Part shown: piece by piece, positions 27,791 to 39,050 of the stretch
How positions within the stretch are numbered: the first letter of the stretch is position 1
How the letters are laid out: every line of letters starts with the position of its first letter
Assembly: GCA_965206595.1 (NCBI GenBank)
Contig: OZ242214.1
Coordinates: 5,536,001-5,600,000 of the forward strand
Direction: 5' to 3'
DNA from: Candidatus Latescibacterota bacterium
GTDB taxonomy: Bacteria > Latescibacterota > UBA2968 > UBA8231
Length of the DNA stretch: 64,000 nt
Translations under genes and position numbers: made by a program
Notes under the pieces: model-generated
What the model saw: only the letters and a program-made list of their open reading frames with translations
Told to the model about the DNA's origin: nothing
Database searches by the model: none

Positions 27791-29961
27791 GCGAGTGGTT
27801 GGATATCGATGCCGGCTGGAGCGGTAGCAGGCTCGTCCTCCTCGCCGCGCCGCCGCTGTTGGCGTTCGCGTACTGGGTCTACTCCCGGACGCTGCCTGCC
27901 CCGCCGAGAGGCAGAGCGTGGCTTCTCCGCATTCTCAGGGGGATCGTTCTCCTCACCTGCCTGCTGCTGATCGCCGATCCGTTCCTCGAGATCGCGCGCC
28001 AACAGGCTGTGCGTCCGGTCCTGGCTACCCTGCTCGACAGGAGCCGCAGCATGGCGGTCGCCGCTGGGGGGGACTCGAGAATCTCGAGAGCCCTAGACCT
28101 GCTGCGCGACGACGGGTTTTCCAGGCTCCGGAGCACCATGAGGGTCGAGCCCTTCGCCTTCTCCGGGGATGCGGAGCCGGTCTCCCTCGATACGGTCGCC
28201 GCCACGCGCGGGGATGCTACCGATATCTCCCGGGCCTTGACCGCGGCCGTCGAGGGCCGCACCGGCCCGGACGAGGTTTCCGCGATTCTGCTGCTGTCCG
28301 ACGGTGCGCACAATTCCGGGGCCGATCCGGTCGCCGTTGCGGAAGAGCTGGGGGTGCCCGTGTACGCGGTAGGTATCGGCGCGCAGTCGGAGCAGCCCCG
28401 GGATATCCAGGTGCTGTCCGCGGAGGCTCCCGCCGCGGCCTTCGTCGGCCAGCCGTTCCCGGTCCGCGTCGAGGTCCGCGGCTGGGGTGCCGGAGAACCG
28501 GTGACCCTGAGATTGAGCGAGAACGGCCGGGAGCTGGCCGCCGTAGAGGCCTCCATCCCTCCCGGCGGACAGCCCGGGTCCTTCGAGCTCCAACATGTCC
28601 CAGAGGCGGCCGGACCCAGGCTTTACGAGGTCTCCCTGCCGGCGCTGGCGGGTGAGTTCACGCGCGCCAACAACCGCCTTCTGCTGCCGGTGACCGTGCA
28701 GCGGGACCGGGTTCGCGTGGAGATCCTCGCGGGGGCCCCGGGACCGCAGCTGACCTTTCCCCTGCGTGCCCTGCAGGCGGACTCGACGCTGGCCGTGAAC
28801 GCCGCGGTCCTCAGGAACGAGAGCGAGTTCTACGAGATCGGTTCCTTCGCAGCCATGGCCGAGAGGATCGCCGCCGCGGATGTCCTCTTCCTGGTGGATC
28901 CCCCGCGGCTGCTCCTCGATCGCCTCGCGGGGGCGATCGCGCGGCACCTGGAAGGCGGGAGCGGCCTGCTGATGGTGGTGGGCCCCGAGAGCCTCGAGGG
29001 CTGGGACGGCGGCTCACCGGCGGCTCGCTGGCTGCCCCTGTCGGTCCCGCGCGGGGCGGCATTGGCGGCCGTGCCCGCGGCAGTTGCGGTGACCTCAGCC
29101 GGGAGCAATCACCCGGTTCTGCTGGTGGGGTCCGGCGCCCTCGGAGCGAACCGTTCCGAACCTCGGGACCTTTCCGCTTCGACATGGCCGCGACTGCCGC
29201 CCATCGCCGGCCTCGTTCCCGGCCTGAAGCCGAAGCCGGGAAGCGAGGTGCTCCTCCATTCCGGCGGCATCCCGGTGGTCGCCTGGGGAATGCACGCCGG
29301 AGGCAGGGTGATCGCCGCCTGCGGCAGCGGCTTCTGGAGGCTGGACTTCGCCGCCGCGGGTGCGGGCGAAACCCCGGAGACGATCCGGGAGTTCTGGAGA
29401 AACGCGGTGAAGTGGCTGGCCGAGGCGGGGACGGGCGGCAGGGTGCGCGTGGCGCCGGAGAGGCCGGTATACCGCAGCGGAGAGGAGGTCGCAGTGTATG
29501 TGACCGTATTCGACGAGCTGATGCGGCCCCTGCCCGGCGCCGAGGTCACCGCCGCGGTCGCAGGGCGATCGCCGCAGGCCCTGCAACCGCAGGGGGACGG
29601 GCGCCATCGCGGGGCCTGGACCGGACTCGGGGTCGGCCCACATACAGTAACCGCCGCGGCCCGCTGGAACGGGGAAACGGTCGGCAGAGATTCGGTGAGG
29701 TTCGTCGTCGACGCCTACTCGCTGGAGTCTTCCGACGTTCGCCCCGACCACCACCTGTTGCGCCGGGTGGCCGCGGCGAGCGGAGGGGAATTCCTCACAG
29801 CGGAGGACTGGAACGCCGCGCTCGAGCGCCTGGAGACGCCGCCGCGTCTGATCTCGGAGACAACGAGGTTCGAGCCCTGGGGCAGGTCCTGGGTACTGGC
29901 AGTCCTGGTCGCCGCGCTCGCGGCCGAGTGGGTGCTGCGCAAGCGCGGTGGCATGCTGTGA
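27787..29961 (+). CDS. Membrane protein with VWA, Ig-like and glutamine-amidotransferase-like domains
   Basis: N-terminal TMs, MIDAS-like DRSRSM, LLSDGAHN and a C-terminal TM ending AEWVLRKRGGML. Confidence 0.8.
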
Positions 29962-30157
29962 CTCCCGCCCCCTCCCGGGTGCGAACATCGGCGGTTCTGC
30001 TTACCTTTCGGGTGCCGCAGAACCCCTTGTTTCCCATCCCCCGGAGACCCGCGGCGCAACCCCCCCGACATTGCGTCTTCCGCCAGGTTCTCCCCCCGTT
30101 CCGGCGCGAGGAATTCGCACTCCCCACACCCGACCTTCATCGACGGAGTAGTGTGGA

Positions 30158-32626
30158 ATGGCCACAACCGCGGATCGCTTTGTCTCCGGAAAAAAGCGAG
30201 CCCATGTCAGCGGCGTTCTGCTGGCGGCCCTCGGCATCTTCCTGCTGATCAGCCTGGCGACCCATTCGGATTTCGACCCCCCGACCTCCAGCCGGGAACG
30301 GGTGGAGAGCTTCAACTGGGGGGGCAGAATCGGCGCCTGGTTCTCCTACGCAACACTCAACGCCGTCGGCTACGCCGCCTACGTGCTGCCGGTCCTGGGT
30401 CTGCTGTGGGGTTGGCACCAGTCCACGGGGCTGCCTCTGCGCACCGCGCTGATGCGTTCGGGGGGCCTGCTGGGGTTGGGGCTGATCGCCAGCGTCGCTT
30501 CCGGCCTGCCCCACTACTCGCGCTACACGGCATTCGAAATCGGCGGATGGTTCGGAACCGAGATCAGCGCCCGTCTGCTCATCCCCTACATCGGCCGCCC
30601 CGGCTCCGTCGTGCTGCTGTCGGGGCTTCTGGTCGCTTCCCTACTGGTCGCCACCGACATCAGGAGGCGTCACTGCCTGGCCCCGTTCAAGGCCCTGGGG
30701 ACTGCGCTGAAAACCATTGCCAGGTGGTTGTCGCGCCGCTCGACCCGCCGTCCGCCCGCTTACGCGAAGGTCGAGACCGCCCCCGTGCCGGAGAACCGGC
30801 AGCTGCCCGAACCCATGCCCCGGGTGACCCGGGAAAAGAGCGGGGCCGGCGAAGACTCCGTGCCGCTGCAGGCTCCGGTCCGGGAGCGCGCCCCCGAGCC
30901 GCTCGGGGAGAGCGCCGTGGAGCCGGTTCCCGAGCCCCCCTCCGAGCCGCTCGTCGTCGAGCCCGCGGCCTCGTCCAACGGCGAGGGCCGCCAATCCGGG
31001 GGCGGCGGGAGATCGGGGGAGGTCGCCTCGAACGGCGACGGAGCCGCCCGGCTTGCCGCTGGAAAGGGGTCCGGCAAGGCCCCGGCTCCGCAGCCGGCAA
31101 AGAGCGCCCCGGTGGTGGCCGGAAAGTCGGATTCCCCATCGAAGGGGGGCGATGCCTACCGGATTCCGTCCATCGACCTGCTCGATCCGACGCCGCGCGA
31201 GCGCGGCGGCATGGAGCGCGACCAGTTTCTGGAGAACGCCAAGCTGCTCGAAGAGGCAATGGGGAACTTCGACGTCACCGGGAAGGTCACTCAGGTCAGT
31301 CCCGGGCCGGTGGTCACCCGCTACGAGGTGGAGCCGGCTCCGGGAGTCAAGGTCAACCGCATCGTCACCCTGTCCGACGACCTCGCCCGCGTCATGAGCG
31401 CCAAGGGGATCCGCATTCAGGCCCCCGTGCCCGGCAGATCGGTGGTCGGCGTGGAGATCGCAAACCAGAAGCAGGAGACCGTCTACCTGCGGGAAATCGT
31501 CGAGTCGGAGGAGTTCCGCAACTGCACAGCCACGCTCCCCATGGCTCTGGGCAAGACCATTTCCGGGGAGCCCCTGATCGCCGATCTCGCGCGCATGCCC
31601 CACCTGCTGGTCGCCGGCGCCACCGGGTCCGGCAAGAGCGTCTGCATCAACAGCCTGATTTCGAGCATCCTCTTCAAGGCCACGCCGGACCAGGTGCGCC
31701 TGCTGATGGTGGACCCGAAGGTCGTCGAGCTCACCGTGTACAACGACATCCCGCACCTCCTTGTCCCGGTGGTGACCGAGCCGAAGAAAGCCTCCGAGGC
31801 GCTCAAGTGGGCGGTCGCCGAAATGGAGTCGCGCTACCAGCTCCTGGCCAAGCTGGGCGTGCGTCACCTCGACGACTACAACCGCAAGGTGGAGAACCTG
31901 AGCGACGACGACGTCCCCCCGGACGACCGGCCCAGGACCCTGCCCTATATCGTCGTCGTCGTCGACGAGTTCGCGGACCTGATGATCACGGCGCCGGCCG
32001 ACGTCGAGACGTCGCTGATGAGCCTGGCGCAGAAATCGAGAGCCGTAGGTATCCACATCATCCTGGCGACCCAGCGCCCCTCGGTAAACGTGATCACCGG
32101 AGTCATCAAGGCGAACTTCCCGTCGCGCATCGGCTTCCAGGTGGCATCGAAAACCGACTCGCGCACCATTCTCGACATGAACGGCGCCGAGCGTCTGCTG
32201 GGAAGGGGGGACATGCTCTTCCTGCCCGGGGGACAGGGGGAACCGATACGGATTCACGGCGCCTTCATTTCCGGGGAGGAGACCGAGCGGCTGGTCGCCT
32301 CGATCCAGTCCTGCCAGTACGAGGCGGAGGAAGTCGCGATCTTCTTCGGCCGTTCCGATTTCGAGGCCGAAGCCGACGACCGGGACGAGCTGTTCGACGA
32401 GGCGGTGCGCACCGTCATCGTGCACCAGCAGGCCTCGACCTCCTTTTTGCAGCGGCGCATGAAAATCGGATACTCACGGGCAGCCCGCCTGATGGACGAG
32501 CTGGAGGCCGCAGGCATAGTCGGGGCCGCCTCGGGAGCCAGGCCGCGCCAGATTCTGGTCGAGGACCAGGGGCCGAGCGTCGCCGAAGCGGCCGCCGCCC
32601 TGGACGAAGAGGAGGCGGCAGGATAG
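30158..32626 (+). CDS. ftsK: DNA translocase FtsK
   Basis: N-terminal TMs, Pro-rich linker, PHLLVAGATGSGKS, VDEFADL, LATQRPS and the gamma domain (QRRMKIGYSRAAR). Confidence 0.96.
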   Translation: MATTADRFVSGKKRAHVSGVLLAALGIFLLISLATHSDFDPPTSSRERVESFNWGGRIGAWFSYATLNAVGYAAYVLPVLGLLWGWHQSTGLPLRTALMRSGGLLGLGLIASVASGLPHYSRYTAFEIGGWFGTEISARLLIPYIGRPGSVVLLSGLLVASLLVATDIRRRHCLAPFKALGTALKTIARWLSRRSTRRPPAYAKVETAPVPENRQLPEPMPRVTREKSGAGEDSVPLQAPVRERAPEPLGESAVEPVPEPPSEPLVVEPAASSNGEGRQSGGGGRSGEVASNGDGAARLAAGKGSGKAPAPQPAKSAPVVAGKSDSPSKGGDAYRIPSIDLLDPTPRERGGMERDQFLENAKLLEEAMGNFDVTGKVTQVSPGPVVTRYEVEPAPGVKVNRIVTLSDDLARVMSAKGIRIQAPVPGRSVVGVEIANQKQETVYLREIVESEEFRNCTATLPMALGKTISGEPLIADLARMPHLLVAGATGSGKSVCINSLISSILFKATPDQVRLLMVDPKVVELTVYNDIPHLLVPVVTEPKKASEALKWAVAEMESRYQLLAKLGVRHLDDYNRKVENLSDDDVPPDDRPRTLPYIVVVVDEFADLMITAPADVETSLMSLAQKSRAVGIHIILATQRPSVNVITGVIKANFPSRIGFQVASKTDSRTILDMNGAERLLGRGDMLFLPGGQGEPIRIHGAFISGEETERLVASIQSCQYEAEEVAIFFGRSDFEAEADDRDELFDEAVRTVIVHQQASTSFLQRRMKIGYSRAARLMDELEAAGIVGAASGARPRQILVEDQGPSVAEAAAALDEEEAAG

Positions 32627-32634
32627 CCGCGGCC

Positions 32635-33300
32635 ATGTTCCTTCCTGCGCTGCTGGCCGGCCTTCTGGCGCTGTCCGCCGCCGTTCCGGCCGCCGCCGTT
32701 ACCGGGGCGGAAGTCATCGAGCGCATGCAGGAGCGGCTGGCGAAATCGAAGAGTTTCTCCGCCCGCTTCGAGAAACGCTTCTACTGGGCGGTTCTCGACA
32801 AGAGGCTCACCCAGAGCGGCCGCATCTACACGCGCAAGCCGGGGAAGTTCCGCGTCGAGGTGGGTGAGGACGTCGTCGTCGCCGACGGGCGCTCGATCTG
32901 GGCCTACACCGAGCAGAACAAACAGGTGATCGTCAGCGATTACGCCGCCGACCTGCAGACGCCGTGGAAGATTCTCGTCGACTACACCGAGAGCTTCGCT
33001 CCGGTTTCGATCTCGGAGACCGAGGTTTCGGGGCGCTCCTGCTACGCCGTCGTGCTGCAGCCGCTGCGCCAGGGGGCCGCGGGGGAAGGCGGGAGCATCC
33101 AAAGGATGGAAGTCTGGGTGGATAAAAGGCGGTGGCAGCTGCTGCAGATCGAGCAGCTCGAGGAGAACGGCGACCTGCGCAGCTACGTCCTTGAGGACCA
33201 CAAGACCAACAAGAAGCTCGACGACGACCTGTTTCTCTTCGAGACCCCACCCGGTGTCGACGTGGTGGATCGCCGAACCCCCGGGACAGCGGCACCCTGA
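32635..33300 (+). CDS. lolA: Outer-membrane lipoprotein carrier protein
   Basis: Signal peptide, PGKFRVE, VADGRSIWAY..QVIV and FLFETPPGVDVVD; ftsK-lolA synteny. Confidence 0.85.
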   Translation: MFLPALLAGLLALSAAVPAAAVTGAEVIERMQERLAKSKSFSARFEKRFYWAVLDKRLTQSGRIYTRKPGKFRVEVGEDVVVADGRSIWAYTEQNKQVIVSDYAADLQTPWKILVDYTESFAPVSISETEVSGRSCYAVVLQPLRQGAAGEGGSIQRMEVWVDKRRWQLLQIEQLEENGDLRSYVLEDHKTNKKLDDDLFLFETPPGVDVVDRRTPGTAAP

Positions 33301-33551
33301 CCGGGTGTCCTGTCCCAACAGACGCCATTCATCCTTCGATCCATTGAGGGCAAATCGCGGTTCACGCCATGTACTCTTCGTGGGATTCCTTCCCTCTATC
33401 CCTGGCGGCGTTGCCTTTGCTCGCCGTACACCAACGCTCTCCTGACCCAGGCGCCTTGCGAGCCGGGCGCCGCGGCGGCGGAATTCCGGTAACCTGTTTC
33501 CCGGGCCGGAAACCAGGTCCTGCGGCAGGGCCGCACGGACCGGCGAGCGGA

Positions 33552-35231
33552 ATGCACCTTCTCCTCAACGCCCGGCGGTCGCTGCTCCTCTTCTTGACGG
33601 CCCTGCTGGTGCCGCCGGTGGCGGTCTATGGCGATTCCGTCCCGCCCGTCGAAAGCGTATGGGTGTTCCTGCGCGACAAGCCCGCGGGCGACCGGCGTCT
33701 CGAGTGGCCCCGCCCGGAGGCGCTGTTGTCCTCGGCGCGGCTCGATCTCGACGTCGACGGCGAGTACATCGACGCCATTCGGGCGACCGGCGCGGCCATC
33801 CGCACCTGCTCGCGCTGGTTCAACGCCGTCAGCGTCGACGCCACCCCGGAACAGATGGAGCGCCTCGTCGCCCTTCCCTTCATGCGCGAAACAGCACCGG
33901 TGCGCCGAGCGGGGCGTGACCTGCTGCCCGGGCAGGGTGCGCCCCGGGCCTCGGCCAAAGCCGCCGCAAACGGGTACGGCCCGGGATTCGAGCAGCTCTC
34001 CAGCATCGGGGTCGTGGCCCTGCACAACCAGGGATTCACCGGAGAGGGGATCCGCATAGCCCTGCTCGACGCCGGCTTCCCCAACCGCGATCACAGGGCT
34101 TTCGCGCATCTCGACGTCGTTGCCGAACGCGATTTCGTCAACGGTGCTGCCGGGGAGACGGGCCCTTTCCCGCCCGGGAGAAATCACGGTACGCAGGTGC
34201 TATCGGTGCTGGCCGCCCGGGATCCGGGGCACCTGGTCGGCGCCGCCCCCGACGCCCGCTACCTGCTGGCGACGACGGAGGAAATCGAGCGGGAGCTGCC
34301 CCTTGAGGAGGACCTCTGGGTCGCCGGGGTCGAGTGGGCGGACAGCCTCGGCGCCGACGTCGTCAACTCCTCGGTGGGGTACAACCAGTTCGAGGACGGC
34401 ACCGGGTACAGTTACGAAGAGCTCGACGGCCGTACCGCCTTGGCCACGATCGCGGCCGAGATCGCCGTCTCCCGGGGCATCGTCGTCGTCGCCGCGGCCG
34501 GCAACGAGGGGAACAAGCCCTGGCGCTACGTCACCGTGCCCGCGGACGGGCCTAACGTGATCGCCGTCGGCGCCGTCGGCCTCGTGCAGAAGGAGATCGC
34601 CCCTTTCAGCTCCAGGGGCCCGACCGCGGACGGCCGCATCAAGCCGGACGTCGTCGCTCCCGGCATCAGCATCGTCGTCGTCGATACTTCGCAGCCGGAG
34701 CCGGAGGAATCCTTCAGTGGCTACCGGCGCGCTCGCGGGACCTCCTTCGCCACACCCCTGGTCAGCGGAGCGGCCGCCCTCCTCAGGCAGATCCATCCGG
34801 CCTGGACGCCTGCCGATGTCGCCGCGGCGCTCAAGGGAACCGCACTCGACCTGGGGGTGAGCGGCCCCGACACCACCTACGGCTGGGGAATGGTGAACGC
34901 CCTGGCGGCCAGCGGAGTCGAAATCGAGCTGCCGCGGCGCAGCCTCGCCCTCGCCCCGTTTCCCAACCCCCTGCGCTTCGGAAGGGCGCCTGAGGCGACA
35001 TTGTTCTTTCCGCTCGAGCTCGCTTCGGCTGACGAAGTCGAAATCAGCATTTTCACCGCTGCGGGACAGCTCGTCGGCGTTGCGAGCCAACGCCTGGAAG
35101 CGGGCCGCTTCACCCGCAAGGAGCAGGCCCTGCGCTGGCGCGCACCTGCGCATCTGGCGAGTGGAATCTATCTTTACAGGCTGCAGGGAGGAGGGGTGTT
35201 GCAGAGGGGGAAGATCGCCCTGATCAGGTAG
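33552..35231 (+). CDS. S8 subtilisin-like serine peptidase with a C-terminal FlgD-Ig/T9SS-like domain
   Basis: Catalytic triad motifs LLDAG, HGTQV and GTSFATP; oxyanion AAGN; C-terminal PFPNP...ASGIYLYRL...KIALIR. Confidence 0.9.
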   Translation: MHLLLNARRSLLLFLTALLVPPVAVYGDSVPPVESVWVFLRDKPAGDRRLEWPRPEALLSSARLDLDVDGEYIDAIRATGAAIRTCSRWFNAVSVDATPEQMERLVALPFMRETAPVRRAGRDLLPGQGAPRASAKAAANGYGPGFEQLSSIGVVALHNQGFTGEGIRIALLDAGFPNRDHRAFAHLDVVAERDFVNGAAGETGPFPPGRNHGTQVLSVLAARDPGHLVGAAPDARYLLATTEEIERELPLEEDLWVAGVEWADSLGADVVNSSVGYNQFEDGTGYSYEELDGRTALATIAAEIAVSRGIVVVAAAGNEGNKPWRYVTVPADGPNVIAVGAVGLVQKEIAPFSSRGPTADGRIKPDVVAPGISIVVVDTSQPEPEESFSGYRRARGTSFATPLVSGAAALLRQIHPAWTPADVAAALKGTALDLGVSGPDTTYGWGMVNALAASGVEIELPRRSLALAPFPNPLRFGRAPEATLFFPLELASADEVEISIFTAAGQLVGVASQRLEAGRFTRKEQALRWRAPAHLASGIYLYRLQGGGVLQRGKIALIR

Positions 35232-35238
35232 CGCGCGC

Positions 35239-35745
35239 ATGAGAACAGACATGACCAAGGAGAGCCGGAACACCGTCCGGCGCTCGCGGTTCCGAACCCT
35301 CAACCGTGTCGTGCTGATGTCGTGCGCCGTCTTCCTGCCCCTCTACCTGGCGATTCGCCTCACGGGTGGATCCGTGCACAAGCTCGAGCTGCTGCCCGAC
35401 CTGCTGGGGCGGGTGAAGAACCCGATCGTGTTGGAGGTTTTACCCGACGGAGTTCGCTACCTCCACTATTTCCAGGGGGAGCCGCAAGAGGGCCACAAAT
35501 TCGTCCTTGTGACCTTCCGCATGGAAGCGAGAATGAAAATCGGGTATGCGATCGTGCCGCGCTGTTTCAGACTTTCGGACAACGCCGGTACCCTGCATTA
35601 CCCGCTGTCGAGATCGCCCGTTTTCATCGAACGGGGGAACGAGTTCCGCCTGGATCAGGACGACGCCATCGAGGGGGAGCTGTTGTTCGAAATCCCGCGC
35701 GACCGCGACTCCGAGAGGCTCCTGTACGACCGCTACCAGGAATAG
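35239..35745 (+). CDS. Membrane-anchored DUF4352-like Ig-fold protein
   Basis: Single N-terminal TM; GHKFVLV...FRLSD..G..Y...GELLFEIP pattern. Confidence 0.55.
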   Translation: MRTDMTKESRNTVRRSRFRTLNRVVLMSCAVFLPLYLAIRLTGGSVHKLELLPDLLGRVKNPIVLEVLPDGVRYLHYFQGEPQEGHKFVLVTFRMEARMKIGYAIVPRCFRLSDNAGTLHYPLSRSPVFIERGNEFRLDQDDAIEGELLFEIPRDRDSERLLYDRYQE

Positions 35746-35881
35746 GCGGCCTGCCGTGGCGTCCGAGTCCCGGGGCGCGCTGGCCGTACCCGATTAAAAG
35801 AATTTTCACTCCGAGGGGAACCGCCCGCCAGGACCGGCTTTCCGGTTACGGGTTTTCCCCCATTCACACGGGAGAAGCGAC

Positions 35882-36989
35882 ATGTCTGGATTGGAGGAAA
35901 TCCTGACTGAGAGCAGGAAACGGATGGAACGGCTGCGGGGGTATCTTTGACTTTGACAACAAGAAAAAACAGCTCGTCGTAATCGAAGCGGAGATGTCTC
36001 GCGGCGACTTCTGGAGCGACAGAAAGAAGGCCGAGGCCATCACCAGGCAGTCGCGCGATCTCGAAGATCGGCTCAAGCCGTGGGAGGAGCTTGACCGGCA
36101 GCTGAGCGACCTCTCCGAGCTGCACGAGCTGGCCGCGGGCGAAGGGGACGGCGAGGCCCTGGCGGAATTCGAGCAGGAGGGGGAAGCCCTGCTGGTCCGG
36201 CTCGAGAACCTCGAGCTGCGCAACATGCTCGACGACCCGGACGATTCCAAGGACGCCATCGTCGTCGTGCACTCGGGGGCCGGGGGCACCGAGGCCTCGG
36301 ACTGGGCGGAGATGCTGATGCGGATGTACAACCGGTGGATCGAGCGCAGCGGCTTCCGCAGCCAGATCATGGACCTGCAGCCGGCGGAGGAGGCCGGCAT
36401 CAAGGGGGCGACCCTCGAGGTCACAGGCAAAAACGCCTACGGGTACCTCAAGGCGGAGGCGGGCGTGCACCGTCTCGTGCGCATTTCCCCGTTCGACGCC
36501 AACAAGCGCCGGCACACCTCGTTCGCGTCGATCTTCGTCTATCCCGAGGTGGACGAGATCCCCAACGTCGAGTTCAAGGAGGACGAGCTCCAGTACGAGA
36601 CCTTCAGGGCGGGGGGAGCCGGCGGCCAGCACGTAAACAAGACCTCCTCCGCGGTGCGGCTCACCCACCTCCCGACCGGGATCTCCGTCCAGTGCCAGAA
36701 CGAGCGCTCGCAGTTCAAGAACAAGGCGACCGCCCTGAAGGTGCTGACGGCGCGGGTCTACCAGCACTTCAAGGAGGAGGAGGCGAGGAAACAGGAAGCG
36801 GTCGAGAGCACCAAGAAGAGCATCGAGTTCGGCAGCCAGATCCGCAGCTACGTCCTCCACCCCTACAACCTCGTCAAGGACCACCGCACCGGACATGAAA
36901 CCGGCAACGTGCAGGCGGTGATGGACGGCCAGCTCGACGATTTCATCAGGGCGTTTTTGATGGAAAAATCTCGCTTGGGTTCAAATTGA
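35882..36989 (+). CDS. prfB: Peptide chain release factor 2, translated via a programmed +1 frameshift
   Basis: ATG 35882 runs to CGGGGGTAT CTT TGA C; the +1 frame continues into ORF 35994..36989 with SPF and GGQ motifs. Confidence 0.96.
35936..35951 (+). promoter_or_regulatory. prfB autoregulatory frameshift site (internal SD plus CTT TGA C)
   Basis: Matches the canonical RF2 slippery cassette. Confidence 0.92.
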
Positions 36990-37085
36990 CAAATCTTCGA
37001 AAATCCGATTTGGAAGGCGCGCGGTTTTTCCCGTCAAACCTGGCGCAGTCGTGGGAATCGTGATCGCCCTGGACGCAGGTACCGG

Positions 37086-38336
37086 ATGTCGTACGAGTTC
37101 TTCATAGCGAAGCGCTACCTCCAGTCCAAGCAGCACACCGGGTTCATATCGGTGGTCGCCTTCATCGCCGTGGGCGGCGTCATCCTCGGGGTGGCCGCCC
37201 TCGTCATCATGCTCTCGGTCACCAACGGTTTCTCCGGGGAGGTCCGAAACCGGCTGATCGGGATGAACGCGCATGTGTCCATTCACCGCTTCTACGGAGA
37301 GCCCATTCCCGCATTCGAGGAGGTGATCGAACGCGCCTCGGCCGAGGCAGGGGTGGTCGCCGCGGCCCCGGTTGTCGAGGGCAAGGTGGTGGTCGCCGGG
37401 GACCACAAGGAGATGGACGGGCTCTTCGTCTGGGGGGTCGATCCGGAGAGCTTCGCCCGTGTCTCCGACCTCACCGAGCATCTGTACGACAGCCGCGGCG
37501 AGTTGCGTCTCGGCGTTCTGCCGGGAAACAAGCACCCCGGCATCGTCCTGGGACGCCACCTCGCGGCGCGCCTGCGGGTGGGGATCGGCGACCAGGTGCT
37601 GCTGATGACGGTCAAGGGAATGGAGCGGGACGACCTGCTGCGCGGCATCACGCCGCGCCTCGACCCCTTCGTGGTGACCGACCTGTTCGAGAGCGGCATG
37701 TACCACTACGACGACAACTTCGGGTTCATCTCCCTCGACGAGGCGCGGCGCATCCTCGATCTCGGTGAAGCGGTGACCAACGTGCACCTGCGCGTCGCCG
37801 ATCTCGACGAAGCGAGCGGGGTTCGCAGCCGCCTCGAACGGGAGCTCGGCTACCCCTACCGGCTGACGGACTGGACGCAGCGCTTTCCCGAGCTTTTCGA
37901 GTGGATGGAGCTCGAGAAGTGGGTGATCTTCATCGCCCTCAGCCTGATCATCGTCGTTGCCGCTTTCAACATCATGTCGATTCTCAGCATGTCGATTCTG
38001 ATAAAGACCCCGGAGATCGGAATCCTCCGCGCCATGGGAGCGAGGGCCGGGGGCATTCGCCGCATCTTCGTCTTCCAGGGCGCCGTCATTGGCGGCTTCG
38101 GCACCGCGCTCGGATGCCTGTGCGGCTTCGCCGTCTGCTGGGTGCAGGCGCGCTTCGAGATTATCTCCATCCCGAGCGACATTTACATCATCAGCTCGCT
38201 TCCGGTCGACATGCAGTGGTCCGACTTCGTCGTGGTGTCGGCGGTCAGCCTCGGCATCTGCCTGCTGGCCTCCGCGTTCCCGGCTCGCCGGGCGGCATCC
38301 CTGCAGCCGGTCGACGCCATTCGCCATATCGCCTGA
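37086..38336 (+). CDS. lolC: Lipoprotein-releasing ABC transporter permease (LolC/E family)
   Basis: FIAKRYL, LSVTNGF, IIVVAAFNI, EIGILRAMGA and PARRAASLQPVDAIRH. Confidence 0.9.
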   Translation: MSYEFFIAKRYLQSKQHTGFISVVAFIAVGGVILGVAALVIMLSVTNGFSGEVRNRLIGMNAHVSIHRFYGEPIPAFEEVIERASAEAGVVAAAPVVEGKVVVAGDHKEMDGLFVWGVDPESFARVSDLTEHLYDSRGELRLGVLPGNKHPGIVLGRHLAARLRVGIGDQVLLMTVKGMERDDLLRGITPRLDPFVVTDLFESGMYHYDDNFGFISLDEARRILDLGEAVTNVHLRVADLDEASGVRSRLERELGYPYRLTDWTQRFPELFEWMELEKWVIFIALSLIIVVAAFNIMSILSMSILIKTPEIGILRAMGARAGGIRRIFVFQGAVIGGFGTALGCLCGFAVCWVQARFEIISIPSDIYIISSLPVDMQWSDFVVVSAVSLGICLLASAFPARRAASLQPVDAIRHIA

Positions 38337-38340
38337 AGCC

Positions 38341-39033
38341 ATGGACGTTTCCGCCAGAGAGGTAGCCCTGTGCGCTCGCGGCATCCGCAAGAACTTCGTT
38401 TCCGGCGGCGGCGAGCTGCAGGTGCTGAAGGAGATCGATCTCGAGGTTGCGCGCGGAGAGATGCTGGCGATCACGGGAGCCTCCGGCGTCGGCAAGAGCA
38501 CTCTGCTCCACATCCTCGGAACGCTGGACTGGCCCACAGCGGGAGAGCTGGAGATCGAGTCCGTCGACGTCCTGCGACTCGGCGACCGGGAGCTGTCCGA
38601 CTTCCGCAACCGCAACATCGGGTTCGTGTTCCAGTTCCACAATCTGCTGCCCGAGTTCACCGCCCTCGAGAACGTGATGCTGCCCGCGATGATCGCCGTT
38701 AAGCCGGAACCGGGGGCGCGGGACCGCGCCGTCGCCCTGCTCGGTCAGGTAGGGCTCGAGCAGCGACTGCACCACCGGCCGGGAGAGCTGTCCGGCGGCG
38801 AATGCCAGCGGGTTGCCGTCGCCCGCGCGCTGATCCGCACGCCCTCGGTAGTGCTGGCCGACGAGCCGTCGGGAAATCTCGACACGGCCGCGAGCGAAAC
38901 CCTGCACGGGATGATGAGAGAACTGGCTCGCGCCGAGCGCCAGACCTTCGTGGTCATGACCCACGACCAGCGCCTTGCCGGCGCCCTGGACCGCCGAGGC
39001 TGCATCGAGGGCGGGATCCTCCATCTGAACTGA
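38341..39033 (+). CDS. lolD: Lipoprotein-releasing ABC transporter ATP-binding protein
   Basis: GASGVGKS, GFVFQFHNLLPEFTALENV, LSGGE and DEPSGNLD. Confidence 0.92.
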   Translation: MDVSAREVALCARGIRKNFVSGGGELQVLKEIDLEVARGEMLAITGASGVGKSTLLHILGTLDWPTAGELEIESVDVLRLGDRELSDFRNRNIGFVFQFHNLLPEFTALENVMLPAMIAVKPEPGARDRAVALLGQVGLEQRLHHRPGELSGGECQRVAVARALIRTPSVVLADEPSGNLDTAASETLHGMMRELARAERQTFVVMTHDQRLAGALDRRGCIEGGILHLN

Positions 39034-39050
39034 TCCCGGGAAGCGAGATC

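Noticed and set aside
30151-32634. 1049-aa ORF suggesting a giant LolA fusion
   Set aside because: The upstream part is an Arg/Pro/Gly-rich alternative frame over ftsK. LolA starts at 32635 with its own signal peptide.
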